In this document: one piece after another, positions 25,956-32,549 of the stretch
How positions within the stretch are numbered: the first letter of the stretch is position 1
Layout: each line of letters begins with the position of its first letter
NCBI GenBank assembly: GCA_019113455.1
Contig: DXHG01000055.1
Span: 1-35,457, forward strand
From: Candidatus Treponema faecavium
GTDB lineage: Bacteria; Spirochaetota; Spirochaetia; Treponematales; Treponemataceae
DNA: 35,457 nucleotides
Direction of reading: 5' to 3'
The notes under the pieces: model-generated
The model's input: the letters and a program-made list of their open reading frames with translations, nothing else
What the model was told of the DNA's origin: nothing
Databases searched by the model: none
Position numbers and translations under genes: made by a program

Positions 25956-27472
25956 TTATTTCCTCCGGCTATCGCCATCATGATTTCCGACTGCGTAAGA
26001 TGCAGCCCGTCAAGCTCGCCGACTTTCGCTCCGTCGCGCAGAACGCCGAGCCGCGATACGGTACGCAGCATTTCTTCGATTTCAGAAGAAATAAGCAGCA
26101 CCGACATGCCTTCTTTTGCAAACTTGACAACCAGTTTCAGGATTTCTGTCTTGGTGCCGACGTCTATACCGCGCGTCGGTTCGTCAAGGATAAGGAACTC
26201 AGGATGCGTCAGAAGCCAGCGGCCGATAATCACTTTCTGCTGATTGCCGCCGGACAGGTTTTTAATCGCCGTATCGCGGCTGGAAGTCTTTATCTGCAGA
26301 AGCTTGATATACTCGTCGGTAAACTTTTCCTGGTCTTTGCGGCTGATAAGCTTAAAGATGCCGCGCTTTGCCTGCAGTGCGATAATCAGATTCTCGCGCA
26401 CGGACAAATCGGCAAAAATGCCTTCTACCTTGCGCTCCTCAGGCAGGAATGCCATGCCGTTTTTCATCGCCACGATCGGCGCCGTTACGCGCACCTTGCG
26501 CCCGTTTACGCGGAGCGATCCCTTATCCGGCTTGTCCGCGCCGTAAATAGCGCGCGCAAGCTCCGATCTTCCCGAGCCGAGCAGCCCCGTAAGACCGACA
26601 ACCTCGCCTTTGTAAATGTCGATATCAAACGGCTTGATCGTGCCTGCGTGCGCAAGCCCGTGCGCGCTGATAACAGGTGTCTCTCCCTCATGCGAAACGG
26701 CCTCTTTGCCCTCTGTGCTTTTAATGTCTTCCCGGTCGTCAAAGTCCTTGCCGAGCATCTTTGCGACAAGCTGCACGCGCGGCAGTTTTTCCGTCTCATA
26801 CTCGCCGACAAGCGTGCCGTTCCGCAGCACGGTAATGCGGTCGCACACTTCGTACACCTGCTCAAGAAAGTGCGTAACAAAGATAATGCCTATGCCGCGC
26901 TTCTGCAGCATACGCATCATGCTGAACAGCTTCTGCACTTCCTGATCGTCAAGACTGGAAGTCGGCTCATCGAGAATCAATACTTTTGAAGATATATCTA
27001 CGGCGCGCGCAATCGCAACCATCTGCTGAATCGCGACCGAATAGTTTTCCAATTTTTTCGTAACATCAACCGGTATCTGCAAATCATCAAGCAGCTTCTG
27101 CGCGCGGCTGTTCATTTCTTTCCATGAAATAAAACCGGCCTTGCGCGGCTCCCGCCCGATATAAATATTTTCAGCAACAGACAGGTTCGGACACAGGTTT
27201 ACTTCCTGATATACGGTGCTGATGCCGTTTTTTTGTGATTCCTGCGGCGAATGATTTATAATCGGGTGGTCTATACCGGCAACGCGGATCTCTCCGGTTT
27301 CAAACTCATGCACGCCGGTCAGCACCTTTATCAGCGTAGATTTTCCCGCTCCGTTTTCGCCCATCAGCGCGTGGATTTCGCCAGCGCGGAGAGTAAAATC
27401 AACAGTATCAAGCGCTTTCACTCCGGGAAAGTTCTTTGATATGCCTTTCATCGTTAATACAATATCACCCAT
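25952..27472 (-). CDS. ytfR: Sugar ABC transporter ATP-binding protein with duplicated ATPase domains, YtfR-like
   Basis: ATG 27472 (MGDIVLTMKGISKNFPG) follows GGAGAAA. The track's 27553 start lacks an SD. Walker A GENGAGKST, signature LSVAIQQM, Walker B ILDEPTSSL. Second domain GLLGSGRSE, LSGGNQQK, LILDEPTRGID. Confidence 0.92.
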   Translation of the reverse strand: MGDIVLTMKGISKNFPGVKALDTVDFTLRAGEIHALMGENGAGKSTLIKVLTGVHEFETGEIRVAGIDHPIINHSPQESQKNGISTVYQEVNLCPNLSVAENIYIGREPRKAGFISWKEMNSRAQKLLDDLQIPVDVTKKLENYSVAIQQMVAIARAVDISSKVLILDEPTSSLDDQEVQKLFSMMRMLQKRGIGIIFVTHFLEQVYEVCDRITVLRNGTLVGEYETEKLPRVQLVAKMLGKDFDDREDIKSTEGKEAVSHEGETPVISAHGLAHAGTIKPFDIDIYKGEVVGLTGLLGSGRSELARAIYGADKPDKGSLRVNGRKVRVTAPIVAMKNGMAFLPEERKVEGIFADLSVRENLIIALQAKRGIFKLISRKDQEKFTDEYIKLLQIKTSSRDTAIKNLSGGNQQKVIIGRWLLTHPEFLILDEPTRGIDVGTKTEILKLVVKFAKEGMSVLLISSEIEEMLRTVSRLGVLRDGAKVGELDGLHLTQSEIMMAIAGGNK

Positions 27473-27566
27473 TTTCTCCACTTCTTTTTCCACTTCCATT
27501 CTAAAAAAACGGGCACAACCATCAGCGTCAAACAGGTTGTGCCCGTATACCAAGCGTTACAAAAAA

Positions 27567-28571
27567 TTAGTATGCGCGGTTAGGCAGTTCGGCAGCAGCG
27601 TTCTTGATGTCGAATACGCCTTCGTCAACATACTGCTTCTTTTCTACCGGTTCACCGGCTTCAAGCTTCTGAATGATTTCTGCTACACGCGGACCATGCA
27701 GCGGGTTGCATTCAACAGCGCAGTTGATTTCGCCGGCGATAATGCGTTCAAACGCAGCGCGCACCGCGTCAAACGTGATGATAATGATGTCTTCGCCGGG
27801 TTTCTTTCCGACAGCCTTGATAGCATCGATAGCACCAAAGCCCATGTTGTCGTTTTCAGCGATAACGATGTCGATATCGGGATATGCCTTGAGGAAAGAC
27901 TCCATGACTTCCTGACCCTTGCTCTGGGTGAACTCACCGGTCTGCATCGCGAGGATGTTGTAGCGCTCCGGCTTTTCGCCCATGAGGCGGGTAACGCCCT
28001 CGGTGCGGCCGACCTGCGCAGAAGCGCCGATTGTTCCCTGCAGGATAACAACGTTCATCAGCTCGTCGCCGCGGCCGATTTCTTCAAGATACGCGTCCAG
28101 CCATTTGACTGCGTCTTCACCTTCTTTTACGAAGTTGCCGCCGACCCAGCATACGTACAGAGACTCGTCAGTTACTTTAACTTCGCGGTCTGAAAGGATA
28201 ACCGGAATACCGGCAGCCTTGGCTTCAGAAAGAACAGTTTCCCAGCCGGTCTCAACAACAGGAGCCAATACGATATAGTCAACTTCCTGCTGAATAAAGT
28301 CGCGGATAGCGCGGATCTGGTTTTCCTGCTTCTGCTGCGCATCGTTGAAAATCAGCGTGTAGCCGTTTTCGGGAACAAATGTCGTCTGGAAAGACACCGT
28401 GTTGGCGGTGCGCCAATCCGATTCCGCACCGACCTGCGCGTAGCCGACAACAATCGTGTCATTGCCTGAATCAGCGGGAGCTGCCGCCGCACCTGAATCC
28501 TGACTGCCGCCGGCAAACGCAGCGCCGGCCATCAGAGCACAAGCCATCACACCTGCAACTAATTTTTTCAT
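27567..28571 (-). CDS. ytfQ: Periplasmic sugar-binding protein, YtfQ (galactofuranose-binding) family
   Basis: 334 aa with signal peptide. Strings shared with E. coli YtfQ as I remember it: QVGAESDWR, QQKQENQI, APVVETGWETVLSEAK, LQGTIGAS, GEFTQSKGQEVMESFLKA. Confidence 0.88.
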   Translation of the reverse strand: MKKLVAGVMACALMAGAAFAGGSQDSGAAAAPADSGNDTIVVGYAQVGAESDWRTANTVSFQTTFVPENGYTLIFNDAQQKQENQIRAIRDFIQQEVDYIVLAPVVETGWETVLSEAKAAGIPVILSDREVKVTDESLYVCWVGGNFVKEGEDAVKWLDAYLEEIGRGDELMNVVILQGTIGASAQVGRTEGVTRLMGEKPERYNILAMQTGEFTQSKGQEVMESFLKAYPDIDIVIAENDNMGFGAIDAIKAVGKKPGEDIIIITFDAVRAAFERIIAGEINCAVECNPLHGPRVAEIIQKLEAGEPVEKKQYVDEGVFDIKNAAAELPNRAY

Positions 28572-28638
28572 TGTACACTCCTTTTCTCGTACAAACGATA
28601 GATCCGGCAGACGGCGCCGTGCCGCCTGTCATACACTT

Positions 28639-28667
28639 ATAATACAACTGCCTTACTGTTTTGTCAA
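28639..28667 (-). promoter_or_regulatory. Sigma70-like promoter of the ytfQ operon
   Basis: Minus strand reads TTGACA (28667-28662), a 17-nt spacer, TATTAT (28644-28639), about 65 nt upstream of ATG 28571. Confidence 0.55.
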
Positions 28668-28770
28668 TAAAAAACAAAACAACTTTTCCAATAAAACAGC
28701 AAATAAGCAGTAAAATGTATTCTTAATAAAAACAATATTGGCGCAAATATAACAGCAACTGGTATTGCCT

Positions 28771-28970
28771 CACGCGCGTGCAGTCCTGTTTGCAGTTTCA
28801 CTGCGGGGGATGTTTGCGCTTGCACGCGGGCTTTTTTCTTCCTTATTCTCTGTACTATGCTTTTCCGGGGAGGGAGGAAACCCTTCCTCTCCTCCGGCAC
28901 TGCGGCTTGCCGCGGTTCAGTAAACGGCACGCTCCAGGCTGTTAAGTTTAGGGCAGAGCCCTAAACTTGT
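28771..28970. repeat. Mosaic repeat, inverted orientation (left flank of the low-GC cassette)
   Basis: TTGCAGTTTCACTGCGGGGGATGTTTGCGCTTGCACGCGGGC matches the 14.1-kb tandem unit. Followed by TTTTTTCTTCCTTATTCTCTGT, then GGGGAGGGAGGAAACCCTTCCTCTCCTCCGGCACTGCGG (28867-28905, the reverse complement of the CAGTGC(T/C)GGA box), and hairpin AAGTTTAGGGC/GCCCTAAACTT (28944-28968). Confidence 0.8.
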
Positions 28971-29071
28971 ATGAGTACAGCCGCATTTCGTTCACACAGC
29001 AAGCCTCTGTTCATACGCTGTTTGCTTATAAGAAAGTAAATGCTGATGCCCTAGTCTTAAAATGCGCAGCA

Positions 29072-29100
29072 TTGACATTTTTTTTTTTTTTGTCATATTG
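29072..29100 (+). promoter_or_regulatory. Promoter-like site TTGACA-T14-TGTCATATTG upstream of the cassette; homopolymeric spacer
   Basis: TTGACA at 29072-29077. Uninterrupted T14 at 29078-29091. Then GTC and ATATTG/TATTGT as -10 candidates at 17-18 nt spacing. TGACA/TGTCA also form an inverted repeat around the T tract. ATG 29139 is 40 nt downstream. Confidence 0.45.
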
Positions 29101-29138
29101 TGGCATTACCCAACAGCATATACATAGGGAGAAAAAAC

Positions 29139-29522
29139 ATGGGAATATATGAAAAAGCGGCGCTGAAAGCCGCGGCACAGTTACGGGAAAACAAAAACGC
29201 CAATCCTGAAACGATCTGGAAAAAAGCTGTCGCGGAATTTACCGACAGCGTGAATTCTATTTACAAGGGCTGTCCCAAAAATACCTTTCTCGGTCTGCTC
29301 TACGCCAAAAAGATACAGGGGTTGGAAAGCGTTTCAAATATACTGTTTGTATCTAAAGAACAAGAGTATGCACTTAAAGCATGCGAATTGCTTAAAGAGC
29401 ACCCGGAACATGCCGCGGAATCACGCGGAAAATTCTGGGACAGGATTTCGCATACGGCGCATCAGCAGCAGCTTGATGTAGTTTTTGCTTTCTATAACGC
29501 AGGTTTGCTGAATCTGCAGTAA
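29139..29522 (+). CDS. Small soluble hypothetical protein (127 aa), mostly helical by eye
   Basis: ATG 29139 follows GGGAGAAAAAAC (SD GGGAG at 29127-29131). The track start 29100 is upstream. No TM and no signal peptide. Contains KGCPKNTFLGLLY. GC clearly lower than the neighbours. Confidence 0.7.
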   Translation: MGIYEKAALKAAAQLRENKNANPETIWKKAVAEFTDSVNSIYKGCPKNTFLGLLYAKKIQGLESVSNILFVSKEQEYALKACELLKEHPEHAAESRGKFWDRISHTAHQQQLDVVFAFYNAGLLNLQ

Positions 29523-29547
29523 CCCATAGCAGAACAGGAGCGTATAT

Positions 29548-29964
29548 ATGCTGACAGACGAAGAATGGAAAGAAATCAAAGAAAACAGGGAACGGGATCG
29601 CAAAAAAGACGAAGACCGGCAAAAATACGGCACGCATAAAAAGCACGGAAATTACAATGCGTATGTAAATCCGTGGTGGTATGTACTGCTTGGTCTGCAG
29701 CTTATCTCATTTGTGTATTCACTTTTTGTGCAGCACTATATTTCTATAGCAAACATATACTATATTGTACTTATCATTATGCGTATCAGCGGAAAAATAA
29801 CGACTGTCTATTTTTGGCCCTGGTATCTGGTCGGCGGATTTGCAATAGGTATAATAGAATATCGGGTTTTTATTCTGCCGCAAATTAACGCCAGTGTTGA
29901 CGCCTACATGTCAAATCTTTTTTCAATTTTGTTTGTGCTCGGTCTTGTCAACAGCTGTTCATGA
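29548..29964 (+). CDS. Small membrane protein (138 aa): charged N-terminus plus ~4 TM helices
   Basis: ATG 29548 follows AGGAG (29534-29538), 25 nt after the upstream stop. KE/R-rich N-terminus MLTDEEWKEIKENRERDRKKDEDRQKYGTHKKH. Hydrophobic helices WWYVLLGLQLISFVYSLFV, IYYIVLIIMRI, FWPWYLVGGFAIGII, LFSILFVLGLV. Sample lines give about 30-45% GC. Confidence 0.7.
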   Translation: MLTDEEWKEIKENRERDRKKDEDRQKYGTHKKHGNYNAYVNPWWYVLLGLQLISFVYSLFVQHYISIANIYYIVLIIMRISGKITTVYFWPWYLVGGFAIGIIEYRVFILPQINASVDAYMSNLFSILFVLGLVNSCS

Positions 29965-30004
29965 TACGCGTTCGCAGTACACTCGCAGCTTCACGGCATG
30001 TGCG

Positions 30005-30090
30005 GACAAACCGCAGTGCTGGAAGAGAGGGGTTCCTCCCGCTCCAAAACTCGTGCGTGCTTGTTTTTTGCTGCAAAAAACGATACTGTA
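30005..30090. repeat. Truncated mosaic repeat, forward orientation (right flank of the cassette)
   Basis: CCGCAGTGCTGGAAGAGAGGGGTTCCTCCC (30011-30040) is the inverted partner of 28867-28905. Followed by CGTGCGTGCTTG and the AT palindrome TTTTTTGC-T-GCAAAAAA (30064-30080). Confidence 0.7.
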
Positions 30091-30094
30091 GCGT

Positions 30095-30778
30095 ATGCCG
30101 ATATCCGCTGATTTTCCGTTTCAGGAGTATCTGCCGTTCTGGGACGCGCTGCCGCGCGAACTGCAGACAGAGCTCCGCGCAGCAGCGCAGCTCAGGCATG
30201 CGCATACAGACCAGGTCATACATACCGGCGGCCGCTGCGACGGCTTTTTTATCATCGTCAGCGGCAGGCTCCGCTGCCGCACCGCGGCAGAAAGCGGGCG
30301 CAGCATAACGCTTTTCAGGCTCTTTGCGCACGACGTGTGCCTGTTTTCCGCATCATGCATTTTAAAAAGCATCTCGTTCACCGTAACGATTGAAGCCGAA
30401 TGTGATACAGACTATCTGCGCATCCCGCCCGCCGTGTACCGGCGCGTCAGCGCCGCTTCTGCTCAGGCGGCGCAGTTTACCAACGAAATACTTGCTTCGC
30501 GCTTCTCCGACGTAATGTGGCTCATGGATCAGCTTTTGAATCGGCGTATGGACGCGCGCATCGCGGGTTTTCTTATAGAAGAGGCGCGCCTGTGCGGCAG
30601 CGATACGCTGCACATCACGCACGAAAAAATTGCGCAGCATTTGGGAAGCGCGCGCGAAGTCGTTACGCGCGTACTCAACTACCTCGCGCACGAAGGCATG
30701 ATCACGCTTTTCCGCGGCGGCATTGCGATTGCCGACAGCGCACGGCTGTCAGAGCTCGCAGAAGACGCCGTTCCGTAA
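30095..30778 (+). CDS. Crp/Fnr family transcriptional regulator
   Basis: 227 aa. N-terminal cNMP-binding-like beta-roll (FFIIVSGRLRC). C-terminal HTH ITHEKIAQHLGSAREVVTRVLNYLAHEGMI. No SD upstream of the ATG. Confidence 0.85.
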   Translation: MPISADFPFQEYLPFWDALPRELQTELRAAAQLRHAHTDQVIHTGGRCDGFFIIVSGRLRCRTAAESGRSITLFRLFAHDVCLFSASCILKSISFTVTIEAECDTDYLRIPPAVYRRVSAASAQAAQFTNEILASRFSDVMWLMDQLLNRRMDARIAGFLIEEARLCGSDTLHITHEKIAQHLGSAREVVTRVLNYLAHEGMITLFRGGIAIADSARLSELAEDAVP

Positions 30779-30852
30779 CTCTGTCACAGACGGCAGCGCT
30801 CCCGTTTGCTATATTTGTTCCATAATACAGCAACACAAACGGAGGTACATAC

Positions 30853-31161
30853 ATGATAACTGAAGTTGCCAGCAATACGTTTAAGACCGAAGTGCTCGAC
30901 GCCGCGTCTCCGGTGCTCGTTGATTTCTGGGCGCCGTGGTGCGGGCCCTGCCGCATGTTTTCTCCGATAATCGAGGAATTCGCACAGGAACAGGGCGCAA
31001 ACGTTAAAGTAGCGAAAGTCAATATCGATAACGCGCCTGACCTTGCGCAGCAGTACGGCGTTATGGGCGTACCGACAGTCGTGCTCTTTAAAAACGGCCA
31101 GCCGGTGCAGCGAGCTGTAGGCGTGCAGCCCAAAGAAGCCCTGCGCGCCATGGTGCAGTAG
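30853..31161 (+). CDS. trxA: Thioredoxin
   Basis: 102 aa. Active site WAPWCGPC, GVMGVPTVVLFKNG. SD GGAGG is 7 nt upstream. Confidence 0.95.
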   Translation: MITEVASNTFKTEVLDAASPVLVDFWAPWCGPCRMFSPIIEEFAQEQGANVKVAKVNIDNAPDLAQQYGVMGVPTVVLFKNGQPVQRAVGVQPKEALRAMVQ

Positions 31162-31175
31162 ACCGAACTGAACAC

Positions 31176-31203
31176 AAAAAACTCCCCGCACGGGGAGTTT
31201 TTT
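31176..31203. terminator. Bidirectional intrinsic terminator between convergent trxA and the hdeD-like gene
   Basis: AAAAAA-CTCCCCG-CA-CGGGGAG-TTTTTT: a GC-rich stem flanked by an A6 run and a T6 run. Confidence 0.8.
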
Positions 31204-31232
31204 ATATGAACAGGCGTTCCGGCTGCACGGCG

Positions 31233-31790
31233 CTACTCGTCTGCGTCGGAGACCGAATCCGGCTCAATGACGAGCGGGCGGTTCCGCCATTCCCACACGA
31301 CAAAGCCCGCGCCGAACACGATGAGCAGCGCGCCCAATACGCGCACGAGCATAATGCCGATGGAGGCGGGCATCGCAAACAGAATCGCCGCCAGTATTAT
31401 CGAAAGCGCAATCTCGCCCCAGTAGTATGTTGTGCCGTACCCCGCCTGACGTATTTTTGCCGTCAGGTATATCTCGGCAAGCGCCGCCAGAAGCAGATAC
31501 GCGCCGAGCAGGTACAGCATGACCGTCCACACTGCGCCGGCAAGCGCAAGCGGCAGCGCAACAGCAGCAATGCCCACCGCGATGCTGGCAATACCGCGCA
31601 CGAGCGCCACGCGGCTGAAATATGAGTCGTCAAGCAGCCTGCGCACATACACGACATTGTACAGGCCGTTGATGACAGCAGCGATGCCGAGCACGATAAC
31701 GGACACCCTGATACAGGCTTCGGGCGCGAAAATCATTAAAAGTCCGATGACCGCAGACAGGATGCCGGTACTGATATACGCTTTTCTCAC
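31233..31790 (-). CDS. HdeD/DUF308 family membrane protein
   Basis: 185 aa. GTG 31790 follows GGAGGA. Six TM helices in repeated pairs with the pattern GILSAVIGLLMIFAP..VLGIAAVINGL typical of DUF308. Confidence 0.78.
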   Translation of the reverse strand: MRKAYISTGILSAVIGLLMIFAPEACIRVSVIVLGIAAVINGLYNVVYVRRLLDDSYFSRVALVRGIASIAVGIAAVALPLALAGAVWTVMLYLLGAYLLLAALAEIYLTAKIRQAGYGTTYYWGEIALSIILAAILFAMPASIGIMLVRVLGALLIVFGAGFVVWEWRNRPLVIEPDSVSDADE

Positions 31791-31874
31791 TGATTTATCC
31801 TCCGTTTACAAGATAGTATTCCATTAGCAGTTAGTATATACGGTAATGCAAAAAAACAAAAGTCTGAAAGCGCA

Positions 31875-32035
31875 GCGGCAGCTCTGCAGGTTCCCCACGG
31901 GATGTTTCTGCGTTCGCACGCGGAGCTTTTTCTTTGCACGCCGCGGTATTTCAGCTGCTGCGTATGCACGCGGCGTTTTTTTCTTATTCTCTGTAATTCG
32001 TTTTCGGAGAGGACTAAGTCCGAGCAGCAATCACA
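31875..32035. repeat. Mosaic repeat, inverted orientation (two ~53-bp GC-rich units plus the TTCTTATTCTCTGT box)
   Basis: TTTCTGCGTTCGCACGCGG (~31905) and CTGCTGCGTATGCACGCGGCG (~31956), then TTTTTTTCTTATTCTCTGTAATTCG (31976-32000). Same order as 14055-14258 and 28771-28860. Confidence 0.75.
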
Positions 32036-32059
32036 CACGCTGATAAAACCAGAGTAAAT

Positions 32060-32325
32060 ATCCCGGCATCAGATTTCCCATTTAAAAAATAAAAATTTGG
32101 CGATGGCAAAATTTTATTTTGCCATTTATCCTGAGTGAATTTTGCCGATGGCCAGCGAGACACTTGCCGTCGGCAAACGTTTCATTTGCCGACGGCAAAC
32201 AAAAAATTTGCAATCGGCAAGTGCGCCGCTGGCCGACGGCAAATTTTTTACCGGATAAACGGCAAATGTAAATTTTGCCATCGGGAATTTTTTTGCCGTC
32301 GGCAAATCTCTTGCCGCAGTACGCA
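32060..32325. repeat. TTTGCCG/CGGCAAA-dense element, copy 2, inverted relative to 14465-14725
   Basis: By hand alignment, the reverse complement of 14529-14700 matches about 32085-32250 block for block: GAGACAC-TTGCCGTCGGCAAAC-TTTCA-TTTGCCGACGGCAAACAAAAAATTTGCAATCGGCAAGTGCGCCGCTG-CCGACGGCAAATTT. The central ~110 bp is nearly identical; identity is lower in the arms. Confidence 0.85.
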
Positions 32326-32397
32326 GCGCCAGTGCAGCAATCGAACCGCAGAGACTGGCAGAAAAAGAGCCGCGCGTGCAAGCGCAGACATTCCCTC

Positions 32398-32427
32398 TTG
32401 ACAAGAAAAACGCTTTTGCGCTAGTAT
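32398..32427 (+). promoter_or_regulatory. Sigma70-like promoter for initiator tRNA
   Basis: TTGACA (32398-32403), an 18-nt spacer, TAGTAT (32422-32427), 12 nt before the tRNA 5' end. The -35 directly follows a repeat unit CCGCGCGTGCAAGCGCAG. Confidence 0.5.
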
Positions 32428-32439
32428 ACCCGCACACGA

Positions 32440-32512
32440 CGCAGGGTAGAGCAGTTGGCAGCTCGTCGGGCTCATAACCCGGAGGCCGTAGGTTCGAGTC
32501 CTACCCCTGCTA
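32440..32512 (+). tRNA. Initiator tRNA-fMet (anticodon CAT)
   Basis: Hand-folded: acceptor CGCAGGG/CCCTGC(T), D arm GAGC-AGTTGGCA-GCTC, anticodon arm TCGGG-CTCATAA-CCCGG with the three consecutive G:C pairs diagnostic of initiators, T arm GTAGG-TTCGAGT-CCTAC. Position 1:72 is unpaired (C1/U72). CCA is not encoded. Confidence 0.88.
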
Positions 32513-32520
32513 ACAGAGAA

Positions 32521-32549
32521 AGTCTGATACAGCGTATCAGACTTTTTTT
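32521..32549 (+). terminator. Intrinsic terminator after tRNA-fMet (overlaps the kinase stop codon)
   Basis: AGTCTGATAC-AGC-GTATCAGACT (10-bp stem), followed by TTTTTT (32544-32549). Confidence 0.8.

Noticed and set aside
26000-26989. Long antisense ORFs (26000-26989, 19825-20601, 27441-28193, 5573-6262, 7016-7588, 8136-8681, 17824-18378 and others)
   Set aside because: Each lies opposite a CDS with clear family motifs. They are the usual high-GC antisense open frames with Arg-rich composition.
28967-29152. 61-aa ORF upstream of the cassette
   Set aside because: It spans the T14 tract and promoter-like site, has no SD, and overlaps the better-supported ATG 29139 gene start region.
28975-29964. 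Classical IS, transposon or prophage remnant as the explanation for the low-GC cassette
   Set aside because: No transposase, integrase or phage-like ORF is present in any frame, and I could not identify direct target-site duplications by eye. It is kept as a finding, but not called a mobile element.
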